Below, one piece after another: positions 17,967 to 25,825 of a stretch of DNA of 38,449 nt. Source of the stretch: Anaerolineae bacterium. Lineage in GTDB: Bacteria > Chloroflexota > Anaerolineae > B4-G1 > SLSP01. The translations under genes were made by a program, and so were the position numbers. The notes below the pieces were generated by a model. The model was not told the DNA's origin, searched no databases, and was given only the letters and a program-made list of their open reading frames with translations. The DNA lies in assembly GCA_040774145.1 (NCBI GenBank), contig JAXGUU010000002.1:1-38449 (forward strand), in the 5' to 3' direction. Each line of letters begins with the position of its first letter. Positions within the stretch are counted from its first letter, which is position 1.

Positions 17967-18392
17967 ATGCGACGCAGACACACTGAGGACTATGCTATGC
18001 CTATCGAATCACGCCTGCCGCTCGGGCAGCGCCTGGCCCGGTTCTTCGGCCTGATCGGCGCGCTATTCGCCGTCACGATGGCCGTCCTCGTGACCCAACG
18101 GCTGAGTCACGACTCGCTGGCCCTCCTCATCGGGCTCAGCTGCGGCATCCTGGCGATGCTGCCGACGTTGGCGCTGGGGATTCTCATCTGGCGGCGCGAG
18201 GACGCCCGCCGTCAGGAACGCGAGCAGGCGCCACGCCAGGCTTACCCTGCCCAACCACCGGTCATCGTCGTCACGCCCCAGGGGCTGCCCGGTTACGGGC
18301 AACAGCCCGCCTTCGGCCCCGCCGAGCCGCCCAATCCCTGGGGCCGCCCCGCTACCGAGCGCGTCTTCAAAATCGTCGGGGGCAACGACTGA
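17967..18392 (+). CDS. small membrane protein, two TM helices and a Pro/Gln-rich tail (hypothetical)
   Basis: FFGLIGALFAVTMAVLVTQ and LALLIGLSCGILAMLPTLALGILIW are followed by RREDARRQEREQ and a proline-rich C-terminus. The in-frame ATG at 17997 (GAGGA 7 nt upstream) may be the real start. Confidence 0.5.
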   Translation: MRRRHTEDYAMPIESRLPLGQRLARFFGLIGALFAVTMAVLVTQRLSHDSLALLIGLSCGILAMLPTLALGILIWRREDARRQEREQAPRQAYPAQPPVIVVTPQGLPGYGQQPAFGPAEPPNPWGRPATERVFKIVGGND

Positions 18393-18484
18393 TCCGCACA
18401 CATTCGACGCCTGGTCAGAATCCGGGATGGAGGGTACACTCGCAACGTCAAGTTCCAACGTCAAGACCAGGAGATGATGGTGGC

Positions 18485-19276
18485 ATGGACCACGCACAAG
18501 TTGGACGCTACTGGAACGGAAACGCTGAAGCGTGGACAAAGCTGGCGCGAGCAGGCTATGATGTCTATCGTGACCACCTCAACACACCGGCCTTCTTTGC
18601 GATGCTACCGGAGGTGGATGGGCTCTTGGGCTTGGACGTCGGCTGCGGTGAGGGTTACAACACCCGGCTGTTGGCTGGACAACGCGCACGCGTCATAGCT
18701 ATCGATATCTCGGAGATCTTTGTCTCTCACGCTCAGGCCCTGGAGAGCCGGTCACCACAGGGCATTCATTACCAGGTCGCCAGTGCGGTGGAGTTACCAT
18801 TTGCCGATGCGTGCTTTGACTTCGCCACGGGCTTCATGAGCTTCATGGATATCCCTGAGACGTATGCTGTACTGGCTGAGACCTATCGCATCCTGAAACC
18901 GGGTGGCTTTCTGCAGTTTTCCATCACGCATCCATGCTTCGATACACCTCACCGGCGAAATGTGCGCGACATGGAGGGTCGCACATATGCCGTGGAGGTT
19001 GGTGACTACTTTAGGAATCTCCAAGGGAACGTCACGGAGTGGCTCTTTAGTGCCGCGCCTCCGGAGACAAGAGCGGGCCTGCCGAACTTCAGGGTCCCTC
19101 ACTTCACGCGAACCTTGAGCCAGTGGCTGAACCTGGTGACGGCGAGCGGGTTCGTCCTGGAGCAGATCGAGGAGCCACACCCAAACGATGAGACGGTGCG
19201 CAGGTACCCTAACCTTCAGAGCACCCAGATCGTGGCTCACTTCCTGCACCTGCGTGCACGAAAACTCGGGCGATGA
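18485..19276 (+). CDS. class I SAM-dependent methyltransferase
   Basis: Motif I LGLDVGCGEGYNTRLLA, then VIAIDISE, and the post-I/II blocks LPFADACFDFATGFMSFMD and LKPGGFLQFSITHP. Confidence 0.85.
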   Translation: MDHAQVGRYWNGNAEAWTKLARAGYDVYRDHLNTPAFFAMLPEVDGLLGLDVGCGEGYNTRLLAGQRARVIAIDISEIFVSHAQALESRSPQGIHYQVASAVELPFADACFDFATGFMSFMDIPETYAVLAETYRILKPGGFLQFSITHPCFDTPHRRNVRDMEGRTYAVEVGDYFRNLQGNVTEWLFSAAPPETRAGLPNFRVPHFTRTLSQWLNLVTASGFVLEQIEEPHPNDETVRRYPNLQSTQIVAHFLHLRARKLGR

Positions 19277-19404
19277 TCGCTTGTCGGCAAGGGTATGACT
19301 GACGGGGACATGGCGCTAAGCTGACTCCGTCCACCCTGGACTTGCCGTGGAGCGGTGCCGGGCCCTACTGCGGACGATCAACGCGTACCCATAGGAGGAT
19401 GACT

Positions 19405-20310
19405 ATGAACAGCTCCGCTCATGCGATCAAGAACGACGTGATCGGCCTCATCGGCCTCGGCTGGATGGGCTCGCACTTCGCCGGGCGACTGTTGCAGGCC
19501 GGTTGGCGGCTGGAGGTCTATGACCTTGTCGCGCAGAAACGCGCTGCATTGGCGGACCAAGGCGCGATAGCAGCCGCCGGCGCCGACCACGTCGTCCGTG
19601 ACTGTGACGTGGTCTTCACCAGTCTCCGGAGTTCGGCGGTCTTTGGTACGGTCGCCGAGCAGTCCCTCATCCCCAACAGCAGACCTGGGCAGGTTGTCGT
19701 CGACCTGGGCACCACCGAGGTCGGGCTCACGCGCCAAGTCGCCGCAGCCCTCGCCGCGAAGGGCACTGCCCTGTTGGACGCGCCGGTCAGCGGCGACCCC
19801 CGCCAACCGGTCTACGTCTTCGTCGGCGGCGAGGTCACCGCATTCGAGCGCGCCAGACCGCTGCTCGAGGTCCTGGCGGATCCGGACCACCTGACCCTGG
19901 GCGGTGGCAGCGGAGCGGGGCAGATCCTCAAGGGCGTCAATCAACTGGCTATGGGCCTGGTCCAGGCCGCTTGGCTGGAAGTCGTCAGCTATGCCACGCG
20001 CCAGGGCATCGATCCGCAGACGATCGAGCAGGCGGTCGGCGGCGCTACAGGCTGGCGCGCCGAGCTGGTCCGGGTGTGCCGCCAGATCGCCGACGGGAAG
20101 GGCGACGCGAACGATCTGAAGTTCGCCGAGCTCCCCTACTTCCTGAACGCCGCCGAGCAAGCCGGGCTGGGCATACCCCTGACGCGCGCCCTTTTCGAGT
20201 TCTGCGACCCTGGTCCACGGGATTGGCGTGACAATATGAACCGCCCCTACGTCTCCTTCTGGTCGATGCTGAACCGCGGGCCGGAGACCGATGCAGACAA
20301 GGAACGCTAA
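19405..20310 (+). CDS. NAD(P)-dependent oxidoreductase, 3-hydroxyisobutyrate/6-phosphogluconate dehydrogenase-like family
   Basis: Rossmann motif VIGLIGLGWMGSHFAGRLLQAG, LDAPVSGD, and a helical C-terminal domain. The start is set to ATG 19405 (AGGAGG ends 6 nt upstream). The track start at 19342 and the ATG at 19399 are in frame but poorly spaced. Confidence 0.85.
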   Translation: MNSSAHAIKNDVIGLIGLGWMGSHFAGRLLQAGWRLEVYDLVAQKRAALADQGAIAAAGADHVVRDCDVVFTSLRSSAVFGTVAEQSLIPNSRPGQVVVDLGTTEVGLTRQVAAALAAKGTALLDAPVSGDPRQPVYVFVGGEVTAFERARPLLEVLADPDHLTLGGGSGAGQILKGVNQLAMGLVQAAWLEVVSYATRQGIDPQTIEQAVGGATGWRAELVRVCRQIADGKGDANDLKFAELPYFLNAAEQAGLGIPLTRALFEFCDPGPRDWRDNMNRPYVSFWSMLNRGPETDADKER

Positions 20311-21080
20311 CGCGCGGTCCAGCCACCGTCGATGAGGATGCCGGCCCCGGTCACGAAGCTTGAGGCATCGCTGGCGAGAAAGAGTGTCACGCCGCCGATC
20401 TCCCCCAGCTCTCCCCAGCGGCCCAGGGGGATCTGCGCGACGAAGGCCTGGTAGGCCTCGGGATCGTCGAGCAGCGGGCGGTTCATTTCCGTGCCGAAGG
20501 GGCCCGGGAGCAGGGCATTCACCGTGATCCCGTAGGGCGCCCACTCGAGGGCCAGGGTCCGCGTAAGCTGCACGACAGCGCCCTTGCTTGAGGCGTACGG
20601 CGTGCGCTCCGGAATGGAGATGAGCGACAGCATCGAGCCCACGTTGATCACGCGACCGTATCGCTGCACTTTCATGTGGGGCGCAACCTCGCGGCACAGC
20701 AGCCAAGGCCCGGTCACGTTGGTCTCCTGCACGCGACGGAACTCCTCCAAGCTCAGATCCTCGATGGCCCCCCGGATGTTGATGCCCGCATTGTTGATCA
20801 GCACATCGACCTTGCCGAAGGCATCGACCGTGGTCCCTACGAGCCGGCGGACCTGATCCTCATCGGTCACGTCGCAAGCGACGGCACGACACGGCGTCCC
20901 GTAAGTGGACGCGATCTCCGCGGCGACCGCGCTAACCGTTTCCTGATCTCGGCTGACGACCACCACACTCGCGCCGGCTTCGGCCAAGGTACGCGCCATC
21001 ATCTTGCCCAATCCCCTGCTGGCGCCGGTCACGATAGCGACGCGCCCCTCCATCCTGAACTGATCCAGAATCCCCATCAT
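20307..21080 (-). CDS. SDR-family oxidoreductase (FabG / gluconate-5-dehydrogenase-like)
   Basis: TGASRGLG cofactor motif, NNAG, and the catalytic S...YASSKGAV (YxxxK). The start is moved to ATG 21080/21077 downstream of AAGGAGG. Its stop overlaps the stop of the convergent gene (CTAA). Confidence 0.9.
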   Translation of the reverse strand: MMGILDQFRMEGRVAIVTGASRGLGKMMARTLAEAGASVVVVSRDQETVSAVAAEIASTYGTPCRAVACDVTDEDQVRRLVGTTVDAFGKVDVLINNAGINIRGAIEDLSLEEFRRVQETNVTGPWLLCREVAPHMKVQRYGRVINVGSMLSLISIPERTPYASSKGAVVQLTRTLALEWAPYGITVNALLPGPFGTEMNRPLLDDPEAYQAFVAQIPLGRWGELGEIGGVTLFLASDASSFVTGAGILIDGGWTAR

Positions 21081-21149
21081 CACCCTCCTTATCTCACACC
21101 TTAGGTCCCAGCATTCTCTTTGAGCTCGCGAGCACGTCAAGCGTGTGTG

Positions 21150-21178
21150 TTTGCCCGAGTAACCGCGCGTGGTATACT
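21150..21178 (+). promoter_or_regulatory. candidate promoter with extended -10
   Basis: TTTGCC (21150-21155), a 17-nt spacer ending in TGG, then TATACT (21173-21178). It lies upstream of the Trm112-like gene. Confidence 0.35.
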
Positions 21179-21221
21179 TTCAGCCGTCTTGAACGTGACA
21201 CCTACCGTCCCAGGAGGACCC

Positions 21222-21470
21222 ATGGTTGACGCCGAACTGCTGGAGATTCTGCGCTGTCCCTATTGCGTGAGTGGCGAGACCCGCCGCAAGGACAAGGAGG
21301 ACCCGGGCGTATTGGATCTCGTCCGCGAGGAGTACTGGCTCGTCTGCCAGGACTGCGGACGGAAGTACCCCATTCGTGAGGACATCCCCGTCATGCTCAT
21401 CGAGACCGGCGAGAAGTGGATGAGCACCGCCGTCGAGGACCTGCCCGTTCCGCCGCCCGACGAGAGTTGA
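21222..21470 (+). CDS. Trm112/YcaR-family small zinc-ribbon protein
   Basis: MVDAELLEILRCPYCVSG...LVCQDCGRKYPIREDIPVMLIETGE gives CPxC...CxxC and the YPI-x-D/E-x-IPVML signature. AGGAGG lies 4 nt upstream of ATG 21222. Confidence 0.75.
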   Translation: MVDAELLEILRCPYCVSGETRRKDKEDPGVLDLVREEYWLVCQDCGRKYPIREDIPVMLIETGEKWMSTAVEDLPVPPPDES

Positions 21471-21709
21471 TGCCCCCCTCTCGTGGCAATTGGCTCGTCG
21501 TCGCAGTCAATGCCGCGGGGGTGTTGTTCATCCTCCTGGGCCTGCTCGCGCTCGCCCTTCCGACCGCACAGGAAGGCGTGCAGCTGTGGGAACTCGACAG
21601 CCAACACGCCATCTACCTGATGGATGCGGCGGGGAGCTTCGTCCTGGCCCTAGGCCTCATCCTGACATGGCTCGGGAGCCGAATCTGGCAACGTCACCTC
21701 CGCCACTAG
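21470..21709 (+). CDS. small two-TM membrane protein (hypothetical), translationally coupled to the Trm112-like gene
   Basis: Its ATG overlaps the upstream TGA (TGATG). The sequence contains NWLVVAVNAAGVLFILLGLLALALP and AAGSFVLALGLILTWLG. Confidence 0.5.
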   Translation: MPPSRGNWLVVAVNAAGVLFILLGLLALALPTAQEGVQLWELDSQHAIYLMDAAGSFVLALGLILTWLGSRIWQRHLRH

Positions 21710-21726
21710 ACGTCCTCTCGTCCGCT

Positions 21727-22161
21727 ATGTTACCCCCCACCGGCGGCACCTACGGCATTGTCCTCTCCCTCGCCGCCCCCACGTCGTGCACTATCGGGGC
21801 ACTGGGATTGTGGCACTTCCCGGCGGGGAGTTACCTGTACATGGGCAGCGCCTGGGGGCCGGGAGGCTTGCGAGCGCGGGTAAGCCGGCATCTGCGGGGC
21901 ACGACGGTGCGGCGCTGGCACATCGACCACCTGCGCGCGATCGCCGAGCCCCTCGGCGTCTGGGTAGCACCCGACGAGCATCTTGAATGCGCCTGGGCAC
22001 AAGCGCTCAGCAATAGCACGCCCGCCGCTATCGTTGTCCCGCGCTTCGGCGCCTCCGACTGCCGCTGCCCCAGCCACCTCTTCTTCGTCGAGCACGCTAC
22101 AGATGGTCGGCTGACCCTACCCGGCGCCCCGCGGTACTACGCCCTGACGGCTGCGGGCTGA
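21727..22161 (+). CDS. DUF123 / GIY-YIG-superfamily domain protein
   Basis: GTYGIVL...YLYMGSAWGPGGLRARVSRHLR...RRWHIDHL...ECAWAQAL...FGASDCRCPSHLFF matches the G-x-Y...Y-x-GSA...R-x-x-RH...WHIDYL...E-C...FG-x-SDC-x-C-x-SHLF pattern of DUF123. The start is set to ATG 21727, because the upstream part of the track ORF is Arg/Pro junk overlapping the previous gene. Confidence 0.75.
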   Translation: MLPPTGGTYGIVLSLAAPTSCTIGALGLWHFPAGSYLYMGSAWGPGGLRARVSRHLRGTTVRRWHIDHLRAIAEPLGVWVAPDEHLECAWAQALSNSTPAAIVVPRFGASDCRCPSHLFFVEHATDGRLTLPGAPRYYALTAAG

Positions 22162-22174
22162 CGATCGCACGGAT

Positions 22175-22209
22175 CAGACCCTTGGGGTTTCGGCAACCCC
22201 AAGGGTCTG
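22175..22209 (+). terminator. 15-bp perfect hairpin after the DUF123 gene
   Basis: CAGACCCTTGGGGTT-TCGGC-AACCCCAAGGGTCTG begins 14 nt after the stop. There is no clear T tract. Confidence 0.45.
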
Positions 22210-22223
22210 CTGCTGTCCACCGT

Positions 22224-22251
22224 TTGACAACCCAATCCCCCGTGCTATACT
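22224..22251 (+). promoter_or_regulatory. tRNA-Lys promoter
   Basis: TTGACA (22224-22229), a 16-nt spacer, then TATACT (22246-22251). It ends 11 nt before the tRNA 5' end. Confidence 0.55.
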
Positions 22252-22262
22252 CCCAACTGCCT

Positions 22263-22336
22263 GGGTCGTTAGCTCAGTCCGGCAGAGCAGGGGCCTTTTA
22301 AGCCCAGGGCCGCAGGTTCGAATCCTGCACGACCCA
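22263..22336 (+). tRNA. tRNA-Lys (anticodon UUU)
   Basis: Cloverleaf folded by hand: acceptor GGGTCGT/ACGACCC, D arm GCTC-AGTCCGGCA-GAGC, anticodon stem GGGGC/GCCCA with loop CTTTTAA, T arm GCAGG-TTCGAAT-CCTGC, discriminator A. CCA is not encoded. The 5' and 3' thirds are almost identical to E. coli tRNA-Lys as I remember it. Confidence 0.95.
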
Positions 22337-22353
22337 TCAACTCAGCATCGTCG

Positions 22354-22404
22354 GCCCCCGACAATTCCTGCGGCAACGCCGGAATCGACGGGGGCTTTCG
22401 TTTA
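22354..22404 (+). terminator. intrinsic terminator after tRNA-Lys
   Basis: The outer arms GCCCCCG / CGGGGGC and inner arms ATTCC / GGAAT pair around a 12-nt loop, with two mismatched positions between them. TTTCGTTT follows the hairpin. Confidence 0.55.
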
Positions 22405-22457
22405 CTCCCGTTCCCCTTCTCTCTTGTGAGATTCTTGCTCGGTGTTATGATCAAGCT

Positions 22458-25166
22458 GTGCGCGCCATAAGATCACGTACCCTGCGTCGTCCGTTTAGCC
22501 TGCCGGTCCTGCCGACGCTCATGCAGTGGCTCCACCCACAGCGGCTCTCGCTAGAGAACCGCAATATCTTCTACTTCACGCTCGATACCGCCCTGCAGGG
22601 CCTGATGATGGGCGGCGTCTTCAGCTTCATCTCCATCTTTCTGGTCCGCCTGGGGGCCTCGGAGCTACAGGTCAGCCTGCTCACCTCGCTGCCCGCCATC
22701 GTGATGGTGATGGTGTCCATCCCCGCCGGACAGCTCGTGCAGCGTCAGGAGGATCTTGTCCGCTTTACGAACCTGGTGCGCATCTTCCACCGCGGATCCA
22801 TCCTCGTCGTGGCGATCCTACCCTTCTTTATACGGCCCGAGCACCTCATCGTCGTCATCATCGCGATCTGGTCGGTCAAGGCCATCGCCAATGCGCTCCT
22901 GGAGTCCTCGTGGATGGCAGTCATCGCAGAGGTGATCCCCCCGCGCCGGCGCGCGAAGGTCAACGGCATGCGCTGGATCATCCTGAGCATCGTGACCGCC
23001 GGCGCGGTGGCGATCTTCGGGCAGATACTGGACCGACTACCCTTCCCCTTCAGCTACCAGATCGTCTTCTTCATCTCCTTCCTGGGTGGTTCAGCAGGTA
23101 TGATCTACTGGGGCAAGCTCCGCGTCGCCGGACGTGCCGAACCACCCGCCACCACGGAGCTCAAGGCACGGTCGTTCGGGCACCAGATGCGTTCCTTTTG
23201 GCGGAGCCTGCAGCTGCCGGCCTTCATCCGCTACGAGCTGACGACCTCCGTCTTCAGGATCGGGCTCAATATGCCCACGGCCCTCTACAGCGTCTATTGG
23301 ATTAGGCAACTCCAAGCCTCCGACGTCTGGATCGGCTGGCAGGCCACCGCGAACCAGCTCGCGTTGATCGTCGGCTATGCCGTGTGGAGCCGGGTCATCA
23401 CCCGCCGAGGGCACCGCTCTCCCCTGCTCATCTGCGCCGTGGGGACGGCCCTCTACCCGGTGCTGACGGCCTTTGTGCCCAGCCAGGTCTGGCTGCCCCT
23501 CGTCGCGGTCGTCCAGGGCTTCTTCATCACCGGCGTCAACCTCTCGTTCTTCGATCTGCTCTTGGCCGTCTGCCCCGCCGACCGCCGGCCCAGCTTTGTG
23601 GCGGTCAATACCATGCTGGCCAGTTTCGCTATCTTTGCCGGGCCGCTGCTCGGTACGCTGCTGACCAAGGCAACGACTATTCGAACGATGTTCTACGTTG
23701 CCGGCAGCATCCACCTGGTCGCCGCACTGCTCTTCTGGCGCCTGAAGATCGCATCCTATCATCCGGTTTCAACCATGGAGGACTCAATGAGCAACCCAAC
23801 CCTCGCAGCAAGCATCAACTACGCCCATGCACACACCGAATCTTTCCTAGAGCAATACAAGGAGCTCCTGCGCATCCCATCTATCGGCGCCGATCCCGCC
23901 TATCGTGCCGACGTCCGCCGCGCCGCAGCGTGGATCGCCGACGAGATGAAGCGCCTGGGCATCGAGCACGTCCAGGTGATGGACACGGGTGGACAGCCGG
24001 CGGTCTACGGCGATTGGCTACACGCAGGGGACGAGGCTCCCACCGCGCTCCTCTACGCTCACTATGACGTCCAGCCCGTTGACCCCCTGGATCTCTGGGT
24101 GGCGCCACCTTTCGAGCCCGACGTCCGCGACGGCAGGCTCTACGCCCGGGGCGTGATCGACGACAAGGCCGGTGTCTTCTTGCATCTCAAAGCCTTTGAA
24201 TCGGTGATGGCAGCCAACGGCAGCCTTCCGATCAATGTGAAGTTCATCTTTGAGGGTGAGGAGGAGAGCGGCTCACCGGCGATGGCGCCCTTCATCGAGG
24301 CCCACAAGGAGCTACTATCAGCGGACGTGGTCGTCATCTCCGACGGCGGATCATCTGACGAGATCCCATCGATGATGGCCTCGGTCCGAGGCATCGTCAC
24401 TGCGGAGGTGAATATCGAGGGGCCGGAGCGCGACTTGCACTCCGGTAGTTTTGGCGGTGTGGTGCACAATCCCACCCACATGGTCGGCAAGATCGTCGCC
24501 GCCCTCCACGACGACGAGGGCCGCATCCGAATCCCCGGCTTCTACGACGATGTCGTGCCGGTCTCGGAGGCTCACCAGGCGTTGATTGAGACTAACGAAC
24601 CGCTCGCGCTGGAGCACGCGCGCAAGGAGACCGGCCTCGAGACTTTCTGGGGTGTGCCGGGCTACAGCTACCTTGAGCGGGCGACGGCGCAACCCACCTG
24701 CGACGTCAACGGCATTTACGGAGGGTACCAGGGTGCCGGGGCCAAGACCGTGCTGCCCGCCAAGGCCGGCTTCAAGGTCAGCATGCGCCTTGTGGAGAAC
24801 CAGGACCCCGACGACATCGAGCAGAAGTTCATCGCCTTCGTCAACGGCTTCGTATGCGACACGCTGAAGATCGACGTGCGCATCCTGTCCAGCTCGTGGC
24901 CCGCGGAGACGCAGATCAGCGGCCCGATTGCGCAAGCCGCCATCGATGCCTATACCGCGACCTGGGGCCACGCCCCGCGGATGGAGCGCGCCGGGGGCTC
25001 GGTGCCCATCATCGGTATGCTCCAACACGCCCTGGGAGCGCCCGTGGTCAGCATGGGCTTGGGCAACGGCGGCAACGGGCACTCGCCCAATGAGTACTAC
25101 GACCTGGACTACTTCGCCGTCAACATCGACACGGCCATCCACTTCCTCTACAACATGGCCAAGTAG
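22458..25166 (+). CDS. in-frame fusion: MFS transporter (N-terminal ~440 aa) + M20-family dipeptidase (C-terminal ~460 aa)
   Basis: The N-terminal half has about 12 hydrophobic helices with MFS character. From MSNPTLAASINYAHAHTESFLEQYKELLRIPSI onward it is a typical M20 dipeptidase (LLYAHYDVQP, YARGVIDDKAG, IFEGEEESGSP, HSPNEY). There is no stop codon between the halves. The track start is GTG 22458, and ATG 22521 is an alternative because a TTGTGA-N16-TATGAT promoter candidate (22424-22451) would start transcription at about 22458. Confidence 0.8.
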   Translation: MRAIRSRTLRRPFSLPVLPTLMQWLHPQRLSLENRNIFYFTLDTALQGLMMGGVFSFISIFLVRLGASELQVSLLTSLPAIVMVMVSIPAGQLVQRQEDLVRFTNLVRIFHRGSILVVAILPFFIRPEHLIVVIIAIWSVKAIANALLESSWMAVIAEVIPPRRRAKVNGMRWIILSIVTAGAVAIFGQILDRLPFPFSYQIVFFISFLGGSAGMIYWGKLRVAGRAEPPATTELKARSFGHQMRSFWRSLQLPAFIRYELTTSVFRIGLNMPTALYSVYWIRQLQASDVWIGWQATANQLALIVGYAVWSRVITRRGHRSPLLICAVGTALYPVLTAFVPSQVWLPLVAVVQGFFITGVNLSFFDLLLAVCPADRRPSFVAVNTMLASFAIFAGPLLGTLLTKATTIRTMFYVAGSIHLVAALLFWRLKIASYHPVSTMEDSMSNPTLAASINYAHAHTESFLEQYKELLRIPSIGADPAYRADVRRAAAWIADEMKRLGIEHVQVMDTGGQPAVYGDWLHAGDEAPTALLYAHYDVQPVDPLDLWVAPPFEPDVRDGRLYARGVIDDKAGVFLHLKAFESVMAANGSLPINVKFIFEGEEESGSPAMAPFIEAHKELLSADVVVISDGGSSDEIPSMMASVRGIVTAEVNIEGPERDLHSGSFGGVVHNPTHMVGKIVAALHDDEGRIRIPGFYDDVVPVSEAHQALIETNEPLALEHARKETGLETFWGVPGYSYLERATAQPTCDVNGIYGGYQGAGAKTVLPAKAGFKVSMRLVENQDPDDIEQKFIAFVNGFVCDTLKIDVRILSSSWPAETQISGPIAQAAIDAYTATWGHAPRMERAGGSVPIIGMLQHALGAPVVSMGLGNGGNGHSPNEYYDLDYFAVNIDTAIHFLYNMAK

Positions 25167-25175
25167 CCGACGAAG

Positions 25176-25784
25176 CTACGACCTCGCGTCGCGAATCACA
25201 GCGGCAACCATCGGGGCGATGCGCGCATAGTCGGCATCGCCCCGTACGATCAGATCCGCATGCACCCGAGAAGGCTCCACATAGCGAGCGTGCCCGACCT
25301 TTGCCGACTCGAGATAGTAGGTGGCAATCGATGCTGCCCCTTGATCGGCGAGCGGGTCTCCCCGATGCTCGAGGTTGCGGATCAGGCGACGCAGCGCCCG
25401 CACATCGTCGTCCAGCTCGACGAACAGGCGCAGATCCAGACGTTCGCGGATTCCCGGCAGGTGCAGGACCATCAGGCCCTCGACGATCAGGACATCGGGC
25501 GCGTCCTCGGCCCCGGAGATGGACACCAGATCGCTGAGCAGGTGCTCGGCATCTATCGAATCGGGGCGGTTGAAGTCAGGGACAGCCTTGCCGGTCGTCG
25601 AAAGCACCAGCGTCGGCATATCGGGCGACCGGGGGTTGAAGTAGCTGTCGGTGTGCAGGACCTGGGTCCGGATGGCCGGCTTGGCCTCCGCCAGGACCTC
25701 GAGCAGTGATCGGGTCAGCGCGCTCTTCCCCGAGGCCGATCCACCGGCAATGCCGACGATAAAGCTTCTGCCATTGCGCTGCAT
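25176..25784 (-). CDS. udk: uridine kinase / PRK-family P-loop nucleoside kinase
   Basis: P-loop IVGIAGGSASGKSALT, then HTDSYF, NRPDSID, LIVEG, and VELDDDVRALRRLIRN. Confidence 0.82.
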   Translation of the reverse strand: MQRNGRSFIVGIAGGSASGKSALTRSLLEVLAEAKPAIRTQVLHTDSYFNPRSPDMPTLVLSTTGKAVPDFNRPDSIDAEHLLSDLVSISGAEDAPDVLIVEGLMVLHLPGIRERLDLRLFVELDDDVRALRRLIRNLEHRGDPLADQGAASIATYYLESAKVGHARYVEPSRVHADLIVRGDADYARIAPMVAAVIRDARS

Positions 25785-25825
25785 AGACGATGTTCCCCCT
25801 TGCTCAGTGAGATGAGGATGTGTTG

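Noticed and set aside
20307-20310. Convergent genes whose stop codons overlap (CTAA) with no terminator between them
   Set aside because: This is real but commonplace in compact GC-rich genomes, with no evidence of special regulation.
19378-20706. 442-aa minus-strand ORF
   Set aside because: It runs antisense through the dehydrogenase gene and then, out of frame, over the 3' part of the SDR gene (same strand). Both of those genes have clear cofactor motifs, and this ORF has none.
22263-22404. tRNA-Lys as the attachment site of a genomic island
   Set aside because: No integrase is adjacent, and I could not find a direct repeat of the tRNA 3' end anywhere in the window. The flanking genes look like ordinary chromosomal genes.
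22526-24067. 259-aa and 227-aa alternative-frame ORFs inside the MFS region
   Set aside because: They are Arg/Pro/Gly-rich off-frame translations, whereas the annotated frame gives regular hydrophobic helices.
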